A stretch of 64,000 bases of DNA, taken from NCBI GenBank assembly GCA_012295275.1, contig CM022665.1, forward strand, positions 11,098,001-11,162,000, written 5' to 3'. Positions 13,463 to 26,800 of the stretch are shown piece by piece (the stretch's first letter is position 1; each line of letters begins with the position of its first letter). The notes under the pieces are model-generated. The model saw nothing but the letters and a program-made list of their open reading frames with translations, was not told where the DNA came from and ran no database searches. The translations under genes were made by a program, and so were the position numbers. Origin of the DNA: Chrysomallon squamiferum (Eukaryota; Animalia; Mollusca).

Positions 13463-16276
13463 ACGATGACGTATGCAGGCATGCACATCTCTTTTTCTCT
13501 TTCTGAATTTCTCAGTTACTGTCAACCTCTATGTCAGCCTCGTTCTCCTTAATGTTTCCAGCGGGAACGATGACAAGAATAATAACAATAACAATAACAA
13601 AGCCAACAACAAAACAAAAAGTCTAATATGTCTGTATCTAAATCAGAATTTTAAAATTAACATTATACTGTCCAATATCACGACTCATTCTCATTGACAC
13701 CGACCAAATAGTTCCCCGGGGTCACATTAGTGCCCTTTAATGTCGTCCGACTCGATGTGAGAGCATGGTTCTGGCTGTGTCGCTCCCAGTCAGCGACTGA
13801 CTGATTATGGTCTCGACCAGAGGTCAATTGCATAGCAATTAAGGAAGAAGTCAAATAGTCCTACGAGTGTTTGAAATCGTCCCTTAAATCAGCGTCTGCA
13901 ACCTTTTCTAGACCTAACGACAGTGAAATAGACCTGAATACGCCCACTCGTTAGTTTTGTTTTTAATTTTAGGCTTACCCAAGAGAACGATTAAATAAAT
14001 AGTTTGTCAAATTAACTGTTTAAATTAGCACAGGCTTTGAGTAATGCTTTATTGTTAAAATGAAAGAGCGTTGCTTCTTCTTTTCTTTCTTCCCTAGTGT
14101 TAATTTTTTTTAAAGTTCGTTATTGTTATTACTTTAATTGTCCGCATCATCATCATCATTTGTTTTTTTTATGTGTATTTATATTTGGATTGTTTTGGGT
14201 TTTTTACACTGAATTTTCAAACCCCCCAAAATAGTCTTAAGTTCAAAATTTCATATCGAACATTATACATTTGTTTTTCTACGTTTTTTTTTTTTTCTTT
14301 TCTTCTTTTAATATGTCCCCCACCCACAAAGTATTTTATCAGTAACGTGTTTCAGTCTATAAGCTGCAAGCTTCTAATGATACCTTAATTTGAAGAAGTT
14401 AAATAAAAGACTGTCATTAGAAAATTGCAAGCCATTTATGATATAAACGGAACTAGCTATTTTCTGGTCTTTTATCACAAAGGAGCTCTTCCTTCGAGAA
14501 TCACCTCTATTATACGTTTTGAATAAACCGGTGTTACTAACAGTTGTTCTCTGGTTCGTAACCGTCATTATAATACTACGTAATTCAGACTGACGAGTAG
14601 AGATTATCCTGTAACATTAAACTTCAAACAAGCATTTCAAGTCCCACATTTTGTGCCGTATTGTCTCTTTTGAATACCCATCAACGGGTTTTGGAAAAGA
14701 TTTTCTGCTCGAGTTGTTAATAGTCGTCAGTCAGTAGCCCTGAATTAGCCTGTAATTTAGGTTTGTATTTTGGTCCAAAAGTCAAAGCCGACCACACAAG
14801 ATAGTTCTACAGCTTATGACAAGTTGTAGCTGTCTTCTGATATTTGTAACTAATTTGAATTTTATTTATTTATCTATTCATTCATTCATTCATTCATTTA
14901 TTTTTACCTTTCTTGATATCTTGTTGTTGTTGTTGTTGTTATTATTATTATTATTATTTTCGGTACTGTAAAGATTAATATTTACAGTGCTGGTGGTAAT
15001 GCTTGTAACAGTCGTAATAATAGTAGTAGTAATTGTAGTAGCAGCCATTATTATTATTATTTTTAGTAGCAGTAGTAGTAGTAGTAGTAGTAGTAGAAGC
15101 AGCAGCAGCAGCAATCTGTATTTAAATTAATTATTAACATCTCGTTTAATCTGATAAAAGCTTTAAACTAATTGTCAAAACATTCTCAGACGTGCTGTAG
15201 AAGTGCATAGTAACTTTAGACTTTCCTTTAATGCTTTTCACTCCCATTAAACTGTTTTTTATGAGCAGATGGTCTTTATACTGAGTCATAAATTAATTAA
15301 TTCTCTTAATACGTAGAAAACAACCCAACAGCGCGTTAAACAACAAAATATTCAACTGCAGAAAAGGTGTGTTATAAAATGGGTGATTTACGTAATAAAT
15401 AAACTGCAATAGAGTACACAGATTTATTCTACTGTTTACGCACACCTAATTCGAAACTCTGACGATAACGGGTTAATATTAAGATTCTTCAACATGCATA
15501 CGCCTTCGAAGCATCAGCGTTATTTGTTCAAGTTTCCAAAACAGCAAGTACTTCGTCCACTTTTTATAGATTATTTCAAGTTAATGGATTTCTTTAGGAA
15601 TTAAATTTATATGTACATAAAAAAATTAAATAAGATAATAATGTTGCTACACCACTGATGAAAAGTAAATAGTCTCGTACAACGTTGTATAAAAATGCGT
15701 AGTAAACACCTTGCTTAACTATTTCGTTATGTATCACTGACGTACGTACTTTTTGCCGGAAGCGACGCATTTATTGGATTCCTTTGAATGAATGTAGTAA
15801 ATTCCTCCACCCTCGCGCAACCTGACGAGAGGAAATTCTCGTTTCGTACGCTTGAGTGTCCGATTCAGATTAAAGACATCTTACAGTCATGGTCTTAAAA
15901 CTGTGGATGAAATGAAAAGATGAGATGAACGAAGGCAAAGATCGAATGTTCTGTGTATGCGAGCATGAAATAAGGGGCTACAAGACGCTCTTGGCTAACA
16001 GTATAGAACGGGAAATATTTACAGATGGGTCACTCACTTCCTCTTTAGATTATTGATGTTTATGCATGTGTTGTACTGGCCCTTGCACTTTTTTTTTTTT
16101 TTTTTTTTTTTTTATAAAAAACAACACGATCACGGACTTGTATCTTGATAATGAACTTTGAAGTGTACAGATATTCTGTGCTGCAGAACGAATGGTGAAT
16201 GTTAAGGGATGGTCTTCAGGGGCGGAAATTGGTTTCTGCTGGTTGTGAGAGTTTAGATTGTTGTAGTTGTAATAAC

Positions 16277-16316
<40 letters not shown>

Positions 16317-16544
16317 ATGGTGGTGGTGGTGGTAGTAATAGTGGTTGTGATGGTAGTACCTTTATTGGTGGTAGTTTTTGATCGGGATAATACTGATAGT
16401 TGCAGCGGTAGTAGTGGCAGTGGCACTAGTAGTTGTGATAGTTGTCGTATTACTGACAGTTGTAACAGTAGTAAAAGCATGAACAGAAGTAGTAGTAATG
16501 ATGGTGACGATTTATCCAGTACCATGTTATGTTATTTCATGTAA

Positions 16545-16650
16545 GAAGATGCATATAAAATATCTCTTGCTGTTAAAGGTCCACAGGATGTTTTTCTCGT
16601 TATTTGACACCTATTAGCCATTAACATTAAATGTGTTGTTATATCATTAA
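16545..16650 (+). mobile_element. SINE 3' fragment
   Basis: 'GATGCATATAAAATATCTCTTGCTGTTAA...TTTGACACCTATTAGCC'; shares the core with the other copies. Confidence 0.5.
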
Positions 16651-16888
16651 TTTAGTGTTGATAGTCAGAGATAGTATTAGCGTGATATTACACAAATCAT
16701 TGTCATTTTCTGATAGACGTGTACGTATATTAGTACGAGTATGTACACATGTACTTATATTTTTGTACACGTTCTTTCGTACAGTGACAGATGTTTAAAG
16801 TACAAGAATAACGATTTCTACTTAATTAAGATTTTTATTTTTCTTAATTTTTTTTTTTTTGTCTCACTTATATAGATTATTTACTTAC

Positions 16889-17027
16889 CTTGTCCAATAA
16901 TCATACTTTTGGTCGAACTCTCTGGAATTTTCTATTAGTCTATTCTTGTCTATATTTGTTGATTTTGACGAGTTTGTTTTGGCGCAATCAACATGCTTCC
17001 AGTCAAGATGACTTCTTGCTTTAAATT
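16889..17027 (-). other. Orphan spliced exon (UTR or coding) of an unidentified minus-strand transcript
   Basis: Good acceptor TTATTTTTCCCAG and consensus donor AAG|GTAAGT. One frame is open throughout (FKARSHLDWKHVDCAK...QKYDYWT), but I recognise no homology. Confidence 0.4.
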
Positions 17028-18036
17028 CTGGGAAAAATAACTGATTTGTTTTCTTTAAGCATTCGTCTAAAAGAATTTGTTTAGAGTCAATATTGCCGAA
17101 AATATATCTTCTATGTTTGAGCTAATTGGAACTATGGTGATCGTTATGTTGAAGAATGAATACGATTAAAATTACAACACCAACAGCAACTTTAAACATC
17201 AAGAAAATTAAAGCCAAAATAAATAAATAAGCTGGGAGGCTCTGCTAAATAAACAAATAAATAAATAAGCCCAACGACTTTACTAAATAAATTAATAATG
17301 AATTTCATTTTTAAAAATGTTCCATTTATATGAGTGTGGGTGTATATATATATGTACACACACACACACACAAACGATTCTTAACAAAGACAACATAGGC
17401 ATGTATTCTCATCTTCACTAGCCGGTGCACAATCCCTTACTTTCTGCAAATAGGTTTTTTGTTTGTTTGTTTCCTTTATTGTAATTCAATTCGTATTTAA
17501 AGTTATATTTTCCAAAATACTGGAGCCCTGATTTTTTAATTCCTAGATCCGCCCATGTAGATATTTATTTGTATTTCAGTTAGACTTGGTGTTTGTTTAG
17601 AAACTGAATGTACATCACAGATTTCTGAACAAAACGAGACAACAACGAATTATTTTTTCCATTTACTCAGCCTTTATAGCAATTTTTCTCACGAATCCAG
17701 GAACTGAAAAAGAAGATCTTCCATATTGTGGCAAATGTAATTTCATTAATTTATACCTTAATCTTACATTTCTTTTTTTTTTTTTTTTTTTTTTTTCTTT
17801 TTTTTGTTAGTTTTGTTTTGTTGTTGCACTTTTTCCTCTACGCAGCGGAGATCTAGTAAGATATGCATCTGAAACCGCTCCCCAATTTCCTGCACAGATA
17901 TCTTTTGTACAGTACAAAAAATTCTGTTTTTTTAAAATCCGCAACTCCCTGCTCTGTAAAAATGTTCGTTAGCCAATGCGTAGATTCAAACCAATCCTAA
18001 TAAACACAACTAGATCTGCATTAGTTTGTCGGGCTA

Positions 18037-18086
<50 letters not shown>

Positions 18087-18180
18087 ACTTCTCTCCGCAT
18101 ATCTACTGCTTACCTCTATATCTCCTTTTTCATAGCTTAAGTAAAAATAAACAATATAAGACGTGAGAAATAATTATATA

Positions 18181-18186
18181 TTTATT
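18181..18186 (-). terminator. Candidate polyadenylation signal of the tetraspanin
   Basis: AATAAA on the minus strand about 1.2 kb after the stop. Other AATAAA hexamers exist nearby. Confidence 0.35.
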
Positions 18187-18201
18187 GAACAAAATATATC
18201 A

Positions 18202-18248
<47 letters not shown>

Positions 18249-18348
18249 ACCACGTCTTCCTATTAAGTATATTTTATATACCTTCACTCCAGCACTAAAT
18301 CATTATTTCTGCTTGAAAACTATTCCGTTCGCAAAATATATATAAATA

Positions 18349-18411
<63 letters not shown>

Positions 18412-18749
18412 GTGTGTATAATAAACATTAATAAATATAAAATATACCAGTCTAAAACTAACAAATTACAAAACATAGCGGCCTAAGTATATCACTATTT
18501 TATAACAATCACCAGACAGAATGCTGAAACACAAACCGGTACAGAATATCAGTAAATAATGTAAGGGAAGACAACTAAATGTCACAAGGACGATAACTCA
18601 GAAATGTCTAATATAAAAATTTCAAAATCAATGATTTCGACATGAAGTATATACAGATGACACAAGGCTTTTAACATATGAAAATAATATATGACAATTA
18701 AATATAATAAAATAAAATAAAATATATTTAAATACACCTGTTTATTTGG

Positions 18750-18782
<33 letters not shown>

Positions 18783-19394
18783 TTTTTTTTTTTAATGGAA
18801 TGAAGAAGATGATGATGATAATAATAAAATATCTTTAAAGAATGAAATGAATTAGCCTCTACAACACAAATAATAAAATGTTAAAACATATTAAAACCCT
18901 GTAATATTTTTTGTAATCTGTATTCCTGTCACCATAAAAAAAAAAAAAAAAAATATAAATATATATATATATATAAATAAAGAAAAAAATAAATGAGGAA
19001 AAAAAAATAAAAATAGAGTAACTTTGAACATTAAACTAAAATATTTTGGGACGGACAAAAATATGAGAGTATTAAAAAATAAATGAGAATATTTTAAAAC
19101 CACCATAATTATTTTTGTAGAAAATAAATGCCCATATTTGGACTGAGTAAGTAATATACATGTGAAATGAAATATCAACAGATTTATGAACAGTTATTCT
19201 TGGTAATCCAGCTAACACATTACTGAACAAACGTCAAACTGAATGCCCATATATATATATATAATATATATATATGTAATAGGTTAAAACATATTAGAAA
19301 TAACTGACAGCAGACTGGTTAATGTATTGCTCATAAACGCTTTTTTGTTGGATTTGAAAGCGAATCTTGGATTGTTGGTAAAGGAAGACTATAA

Positions 19395-19460
19395 TTAGTA
19401 GAATTTTCTGTCGATCAAGATATGTCGAGCCAAACTGTGTGCAAGGAACAACGAGAAAAG
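19395..19460 (-). CDS. Tetraspanin last coding exon ([21 protein letters not shown])
   Basis: Acceptor TTTCAG at 19463-19461, stop TAA at 19397-19395. Confidence 0.9.
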   Translation of the reverse strand, partial: LFSLFLAHSLARHILIDRKFY

Positions 19461-20377
19461 CTGAAATAATAATAATAATAACAACAGTAATAATAATAAT
19501 AACAATAACAACAGTAGTAATAACAACAATAATAATAACAACAACAACATTAATAATAACAATAATAATAATAACAACAACAGTAATAATAACAACAACA
19601 ATAATAATAATAACAACAACAACAGTAACAATAATAATAATAACAACAACAACAGTAATAATAGCAATGATAATAATGATAATAATCATGTTGATGATGA
19701 TGTCGACGACATGGTGGTGGTGGTAGTAGACATAGTATTATCAGCAACAACAATATCAGTAGTAGTTGTAGTAGTAGTAGTAGTAGAATTTAATTATAGG
19801 TTCTTTTTTTTTCTTTCTTTTTTCTAAAAATTTAACTACACATTAATAAATTTGATCTTCGTTTAATACTTTCAATAAAATAATGCGTTTAGAGCTAATA
19901 AAAATGTCACATTACAAACCAGTCATAGCGCATATTAATGTAATTATCTGATTCTTCATTGTCGGTCTTAACATTAAAAATACACACTACATCTTAAGTA
20001 CCACCTGGTCTTAAATATCACACACGAAGTATAATAAGTCAGTTACCGCACCTCAAGGAATCCAACACACATGGCTATGAGACCAAAAACAATGAGGTTG
20101 TCCTTAAAGATGATCATCAGTGCGCCAATGCAGCCAGTCTTGTAAATAAACTGTTCTGTGAGATTCTCCTGCAAAATAAATCACTTAATAAGTTAACGAA
20201 CTAAGAAAAGATGAGTGCAAAGTTCACGACGGTGGCGGGACTGCGTGGAGTGCAACAACACCACCTCGACAGCTGCTTGGTGTCAGAAATGGGCTTATTG
20301 TGACATGCTTTTTTTTTTTTTTGGAACTTGCTGTAGTGGTAAAAGAACCTGACGTGAGACTTTTTTCTTCTTTTTTT

Positions 20378-20425
<48 letters not shown>

Positions 20426-21548
20426 TATTTTTTTCACATAACAGTGTTTAATAATAAAGAGAATGAAATGTTAAATAATGAGTATCAGACTATAAAATAC
20501 GAAATTTGCTAAAGTTGAATAAGTGTTAACACCAAAAGGAATCTTTATACTAGTTTTGTTCTTCAGATAACAGGAACATACACACTTCTTCTTACTTGGT
20601 CAGCTGAACATAGAAAACATATCTGCCATGTATTTTTTTTTAAATTTTAATTTATTTATTTGTTTGTTGTTGTCTTTTTGATAGACGGGAAAACCCATAC
20701 CATTGTCTTTGGCATAATAATGAAATCACTGACGGATTCGGTATCGATCTACAATCTGACTTACAGGAAACTTGATAATATCGCCTTTCATAAGTAAAGG
20801 AACTCTAGGTAGCTTTTTTAAAATTAAAAAAACAACAACAAAGACCTTGTTGTTTTTGAAATAACAATAAAGTCAGTGAAAGGTTCAGTAGTGAGGATTA
20901 ATGGTTGATCTATAAAACTGAAAGTTGCGTTGCATTTTAATAACCATAAGAATTGGTGTTATGGTCTGTTTTCCATACTTAGGCGATAGATCATGCATGA
21001 CAAAAAAAAAAAAAAAAAAAAAAGAGTATTTCAAGCTGCAGTAATGTTTAAATCGTAAAAGGAACCCTTATCAAAACATTAAAACAATTTTTTATTTTTT
21101 TATTTTATTTTATTTTTTTAAGTTTTATCCCTAGACAGCAAACCAAACAACCATTGTCTTGGACATAATAAAATCATTAAAGATTTCCGTGGTAATTAAC
21201 TGTATGTCTAAAAGCTGGTATTATACTACAAATTTTATTATAGAAATGCCGTGTTACCTTTTGTTTAGTAGATAGGAAAATATAGACCATAATAATGAAA
21301 AAAAGAACAGTAACAACAACAGTAATAATAACAGCTACATCAATAATAATAATAACAGTTTATTAATAATAACAATAATAGTAACAATAACAGCTTCAAA
21401 ATAGTAACAGTATTAAAGACAATAGTAACAGTATTAAAGACAATAACAACAATAATAATGATAGCGACAACATCGACAAGAATAAAATAAACAATAACTA
21501 CAACTGTAATAATGATGATTATATTAACAACAATAACATCAGTAATGG

Positions 21549-21618
<70 letters not shown>

Positions 21619-22210
21619 CAATAATGACAAGAAGAATCTGAAGAATGGACAAAACACTAAAGAAATGACATACAGGTACGAAAACAACAATAACAAGAAT
21701 TTGAATCAATCACTAAAGATATGACATGCTTTTAAATTCGTTGGCTTGTGATAATCAGATTTAGACACTGGCTACTTACTGCGTATCTTCGTACTCCATA
21801 CCCACACGTTACAGATGTAGGAATTCTACAACAAGACTTAGGGACTCCACATTTCGATGGAGCAATCGATGAGCAGTTGAAATAAATGTTAGACTCCCAG
21901 TCTTCGTAACTAGCTGCACCACAGCAAGAAAACTGAAATTTTAAAAGTTATATTTAGTTGTTTTAATGTCGATGACGATGATGACGACGATGATAACGAT
22001 AATGATGATAAAGATGATGATTATAATAATGTTAATAATAATAATAATAATGATTACGGTGGTAATGATAACAATAATGTTGATACTGCTTACGATGATG
22101 ATGATAATTATGATGACAACGATTAAGATGGTGATGATCTTATTTCTGCTATGTCAAGTGAATTATTATTTAATTTATCTTACATTTAAACGGATTTGCT
22201 GAAGCTTTTG

Positions 22211-22255
<45 letters not shown>

Positions 22256-23622
22256 TGTTGTTGTTATTATTATCAGATTTAGACTGGTTATAATAGAAAT
22301 CATTTGGTATTTTCCTTTCTAGAATTCATTCATTCATTCATTTGTATAAACGAAAAACAGAAGAAGAAACAAGATACAATATTATCCTACTAGAGCTAAA
22401 ATTCATATTATGAAAATAAATTACATTCGTAAGACAACATATTGAAGTAACTGCAGATTTTACGTTGATTAAATTAAAATTATCACAGTCTTGACTCTTG
22501 TAAAATTGTAATTTAATAATATTATGTTTATGTAAGTAAGGCTGAGATTTTCGCCAGCGAAAAATTATTATCATATCATCAATAATTTAGTGAAACATCC
22601 TAAGACGATTTTCAGCTTTGGATTTTTATTTTTATTTTTATTATTTTTTTTTTTTTTTAGTTTGGTCAACAAGAAAAGTGATAATTCCAATGAATACCAA
22701 ATCCTTTCATGTTTTTTCATGGAAGTTTTATTAAAAGATCGATCGGATTCTGTATTCTGCATTGAAGCAGTGTCATCTTTGAATTGCATTAGAAAATGGA
22801 CAAGGAATTCTTTTTTTCTTTCTTTTCTTTTTCTTTTACAGGAACTAATAATTACGAATAAAAGACTTTGTAAGAATATTCTTATCATAAACCTGTTTTA
22901 TTTAGACGTTATAAAATCACAATATAAATCGGATTATACTGATCCAAGCAATAGATTTTCTTTCCACACTGTGCATTGTTTAGTTATATTGTATTCCAGG
23001 GGCTCTTCAGAACTGCTATAATGGGGTGGATTCAGCTTTTAACCAAAAGAAGAAGAAAAAGAAGAGGAGGAAGAAGAAGAAGAAGAAGATGATGATGATG
23101 ATGATGATGATGACAGTGACGAAGAAGAAAGAGAAGAAGGAGAAAAAGCAGGACAGAAGGAAAAGATACGAAATTTGTCAACCGAAAATAGGGAGGGAAC
23201 ACACATCTGTTTACCTCGAGCTCCACCTGGATCCGCCTATGTATTTATTTACCTGTGACTGCAGATAATCAATAGCGTCTTTCGTATCTGCGTTTTCAAA
23301 GTATCGTGACACAGCAATACGCATGTAGTTCATCATCTTGCTTTCAACAGTGTCGAGAAACACAAAGGCCATGATACCCCCTGCCACTTGAAACATGAAC
23401 ACCAGTACTATGACGACAATGAACTGAAAAATACACAAATACATATAAATACACGTTGATAAAGAAGAAGAAATGAAAGATGGATGACAGACAGACATAC
23501 ATTCAGAGATATATGTTGATACGTAGACAGATACAAACAGACAGACAGACAGACAGATAGATAGATAGACAGATAGACAGACAGACAGACAGACAGATAG
23601 ATAGATAGATAGATAGACAGAT

Positions 23623-23657
<35 letters not shown>

Positions 23658-23753
23658 TAGATAGATAGATAGATAGATAGACAGATAGAGAGACAGACAG
23701 ACAGACAGATAGACAGATAGATATTTAGACAGACAGATAGATAGATATACAGT

Positions 23754-23831
<78 letters not shown>

Positions 23832-24200
23832 TACAGATAGATAGATAGATGACAGCCGGACAGCCGGACAGCCGGACAGCCCACCAGAGAGATAGATATG
23901 CAATACAGTATAATACCGAATGATAAATGTACAATATAATAAATGTAACATATAATACACGTACAGTTTTCAGAAGGCAAAGATTCTCCCTGAGAGCGCC
24001 GATGCAGCCAAACACACTGATTATAAACATGACAGCACCAGCGGCGATGATCACAAAAGCCGGGTCCGTGATGAGGTGGTCGAAGGTGTCAAGACCCTGT
24101 TTCTGTACTCGAGCCCAGACGCCAATGCCAATCATAACACATCCTAGAAACTGTTCAAATAAAATAAAACGACACTGTAACAAAAGCACACATCTTTATT

Positions 24201-24238
<38 letters not shown>

Positions 24239-24427
24239 AATTATGATAATAATAATAATAACAATAATACTTACCCATACTAAGAAGTTGATGGAAAAAA
24301 GACAATACTTGATCCAGAAGTCGCATTGAGTACATCGTTCTGTCCATGAAGGGGAGACTATTACAGACTCACTACGATACTGCACGCTGTCCGACGTATC
24401 AAGAGTAATCTCCCCTGCATTGTCCAT
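19395..24427 (-). CDS. Tetraspanin, TspanC8 subfamily (TSPAN5/14/15/17/33-like), complete CDS, 281 aa. Exons 24427-24275, 24150-23965, 23423-23253, 21932-21780, 20168-20052, 19460-19395
   Basis: All six exons are bounded by GT/AG and all coding introns are phase 0 (153+186+171+153+117+66 nt). The translation has four TM helices, a '[12 protein letters not shown]' TM1 start and the 'GCIGALREN' motif. The large extracellular loop '[46 protein letters not shown]...IYKTGC' has CCG and 8 Cys. The specific orthologue cannot be assigned from sequence alone. Confidence 0.95.
20052..20168 (-). CDS. Tetraspanin coding exon 5 ([18 protein letters not shown]...CVGFLE)
   Basis: Acceptor TTTTGCAG, donor GTGCGG; carries the last loop Cys and the start of TM4. 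Confidence 0.9.
21780..21932 (-). CDS. Tetraspanin coding exon 4 (CCG exon; not in the ORF track)
   Basis: Acceptor TTTCAG, donor GTAAGT; [51 protein letters not shown]. Confidence 0.95.
23021..23241. mobile_element. Short MITE-like element with degenerate inverted termini and an internal (AAG)n(GAT)n tract
   Basis: Left GGTGGATTCAG versus right CTGGATCCGCC (9/11 inverted match). Related ends CTAGATCCGCCC occur at about 17543 and CTAGATCCACCC at about 3559. Confidence 0.45.
23253..23423 (-). CDS. Tetraspanin coding exon 3 (TM3 and start of the large extracellular loop)
   Basis: Acceptor TTTTCAG, donor GTAAAT; [22 protein letters not shown]...DAIDYLQSQ, 57 codons. Confidence 0.95.
23485..23880. 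repeat. Compound (GACA)n/(GATA)n microsatellite plus (CAGCCGGA)3 in a tetraspanin intron
   Basis: Directly visible; it produces the spurious 249-aa ORF 23211-23960. Confidence 0.95.
23965..24150 (-). CDS. Tetraspanin coding exon 2 ([12 protein letters not shown]...[12 protein letters not shown])
   Basis: Acceptor CAG 24153-24151, donor GTACGT 23964-23959; 62 codons. Confidence 0.95.
24275..24427 (-). CDS. Tetraspanin coding exon 1 (MDNAGE...FSINFLVW)
   Basis: ATG at 24427, donor GTAAGT at 24274-24269. The exon probably begins at 24471 after the acceptor TTTTAG. Confidence 0.9.
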
Positions 24428-25821
24428 CCGAGAGATTCATTTACCAGTGCTTGTTCATAATAATATGTTTGCTAAAAGAAAAGAATTACAAACATTTTAA
24501 ATCATTATTATTATTATTATTATTATTTTTTATTATTATTATTATTAACTATATTATTCTCCTTTATTTATATTACAGTTTATTACTTTACAAATATGTC
24601 TGTTAGATTTCGTTTTATTGGCTTTTCAGTAAAACATTTTAGTAATATCAGCTGCTGCCTTATTTTTGTGAGCAGTAACCAGATGTTGCGTCATTTATCG
24701 ATGTTGCTGATAACGTTTTGAGTACAAGTAATTACGTTTTCTTTTTTCCTATTTGTGCCGAGAATATAATATTTTCCAAAACTGTTCATGACTTTGCTTT
24801 ACGAACAATAAATTTAATTTAATTTAATTTATTTATTTATTTATTTATTTTAATTTACTTATTTACGTGTTTTTTTGGGGGGGTTTTGTTGTAATTTTTA
24901 ATATTAATGTTAGTTGTATAGCAGCAGCAACAGGAATAGCAGTAGTAGTAGTAGCAGTAGTAGAAATGATAGTAGTAGTAGTAGAAACTGCATCATAAAT
25001 GTAGCAGCAGCAGTTGAGATGGTTGTAGTAGTAGCAGTAGAAGTGATTGTGGTAGTGGTAGGAAAAGCAGCACCAGTAGACGTGACAGTAGTAGTAGTAT
25101 TAGCAGCAGTAATAATAGTAATAGTAACAGTATGGGTAGTAACAGAAGTAGTAGGAGGTGTATAAGTTATTTTTATTAACATTAGTATTTATATATTTGA
25201 TAATATAGTACAGTAGCAACAGCAGTAGAAATAGTGGTAGTAGTCGTAGTATTAGTAACAGTAGTAGTTGTAAGAGCAATAATAGTACCGTTATAGTAAA
25301 CATACTAATAGTTGTAGTGATAATATCAGTGGTAAATTCACAGGAACGGAAAATAAACAGACAAACGCCTATTAAGAAGATAATTACAGTTTGATTTATA
25401 ATGGTGTCAATTCAGAACACGACGAGTAAATTTCTACCAAGTTTGTTAACCTTGTCGAATCAATACATTCCTACATATATCAGATATCAGTTTCGATTGT
25501 GTAACTGACGTGATTTTCTTGCATCATTTTATTAAATCAAATTCATAAATCTTAAGGTACCATTCCATGCTTTAAAAACTATCAGATTAGCTCAAATACA
25601 GGCGTATTTCAACACCACGAATTCATGAAATGATTTGACACAGATTAATTTTACCTATCAATACTTACATATCTATGTCTTAAAAATTTCTCTTCATTGC
25701 CACAACAATAAATAATCTACAAGCAGAGATTTTTTTATTTTATTTTTTTTAAATGCCTATATTTCCATTTCTTTGTTTTTAATTAGCAAATTAAACATAC
25801 TGAACAATATCATTAACTTAC

Positions 25822-26000
25822 CTCGTTCCTTGTTAACCGGATGTTTTCACCAGCCTCGAAAATATATCGCAAGCTGTTGTACTCTCAGAATCATATCGAT
25901 CAAATTATTTTAATATATCTCCTTGCCATTCTTTGTCAATACGCCCTCTGCTGGCAGGCTCGCTCCGACAATCGATACATCGATTTCTGCATCAGCATGG
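25822..26000 (-). other. Probable non-coding first exon and TSS region of the tetraspanin
   Basis: Strong minus-strand donor GAG|GTAAGT at 25821-25816 at the edge of a CpG-rich, high-complexity island. The upstream boundary is approximate. Confidence 0.5.
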
Positions 26001-26435
26001 CGAGTCATTTGCGAGTATTTTAGACAACGAAGCAGTCATAAATAAGCTGAAATACATGGAATAAAAGAGGCAGACAGCGAGAAATATCATTGCTAGCTGT
26101 TAGCGATTGTTGTGCAAAGGTTAATGTATTACGATAATCAGATATGTAATTATTTCTTGCTCACAGCTAGTGATGGTAATTATGTAAATGTTAATGTAGG
26201 GTAATTACAACATCTTTTTATAATTTCATGCAAGATGTTAGTAATTATTAATGGTAAATATACGATGGTCGTCGAAATATATAATTATGTCTTATTTACT
26301 GCTTATTTCTAAAGCGTTTTGTCACGTTACAAAAAGAAATAGGAAATACTACGCTAAAAACCAACACACACACACACATATATATATATATTATGTATGT
26401 ATGTATGTATATGCATATCATATAAATAGACAGAG

Positions 26436-26529
<94 letters not shown>

Positions 26530-26619
26530 GCAATATTTATCATACGGACAGAAATTTCGATGAATAAATGTTTCTTACCTGTTTGCTACGTAACACATGT
26601 GTTTTCTGTGACACGCGAT

Positions 26620-26800
26620 CTGAATTTTATAATTACCAGTTGCTGTCTGTTAATCATGCGATACTGATTCAATATTTTAAGAGAGGAAACCCGCTATTCT
26701 CACATGTGTTACGTAGCAACAAGCGATCTCTTAAATACCCCTATTCAGCAAACAGGTAAGAGAACATCAAAGCATTTGGTAAACCATAGATGTTTGGAAG
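26620..26800 (-). mobile_element. Decayed SINE, reverse orientation
   Basis: 'GAGAGGAAACCCGCT...TAGCAACAAGCGATCTCTTAAATAC...AAACAGG' is the reverse complement of the same core. Confidence 0.6.

Noticed and set aside
20201-20300. Cys-containing frame ([11 protein letters not shown]) in a tetraspanin intron as an alternative loop exon
   Set aside because: The frame ends in a stop, no proper splice sites were found, and the loop already has its 8 Cys.
22571-23021. 143-aa and 105-aa ORFs in a tetraspanin intron
   Set aside because: Low-complexity AT-rich frames with no domain features.
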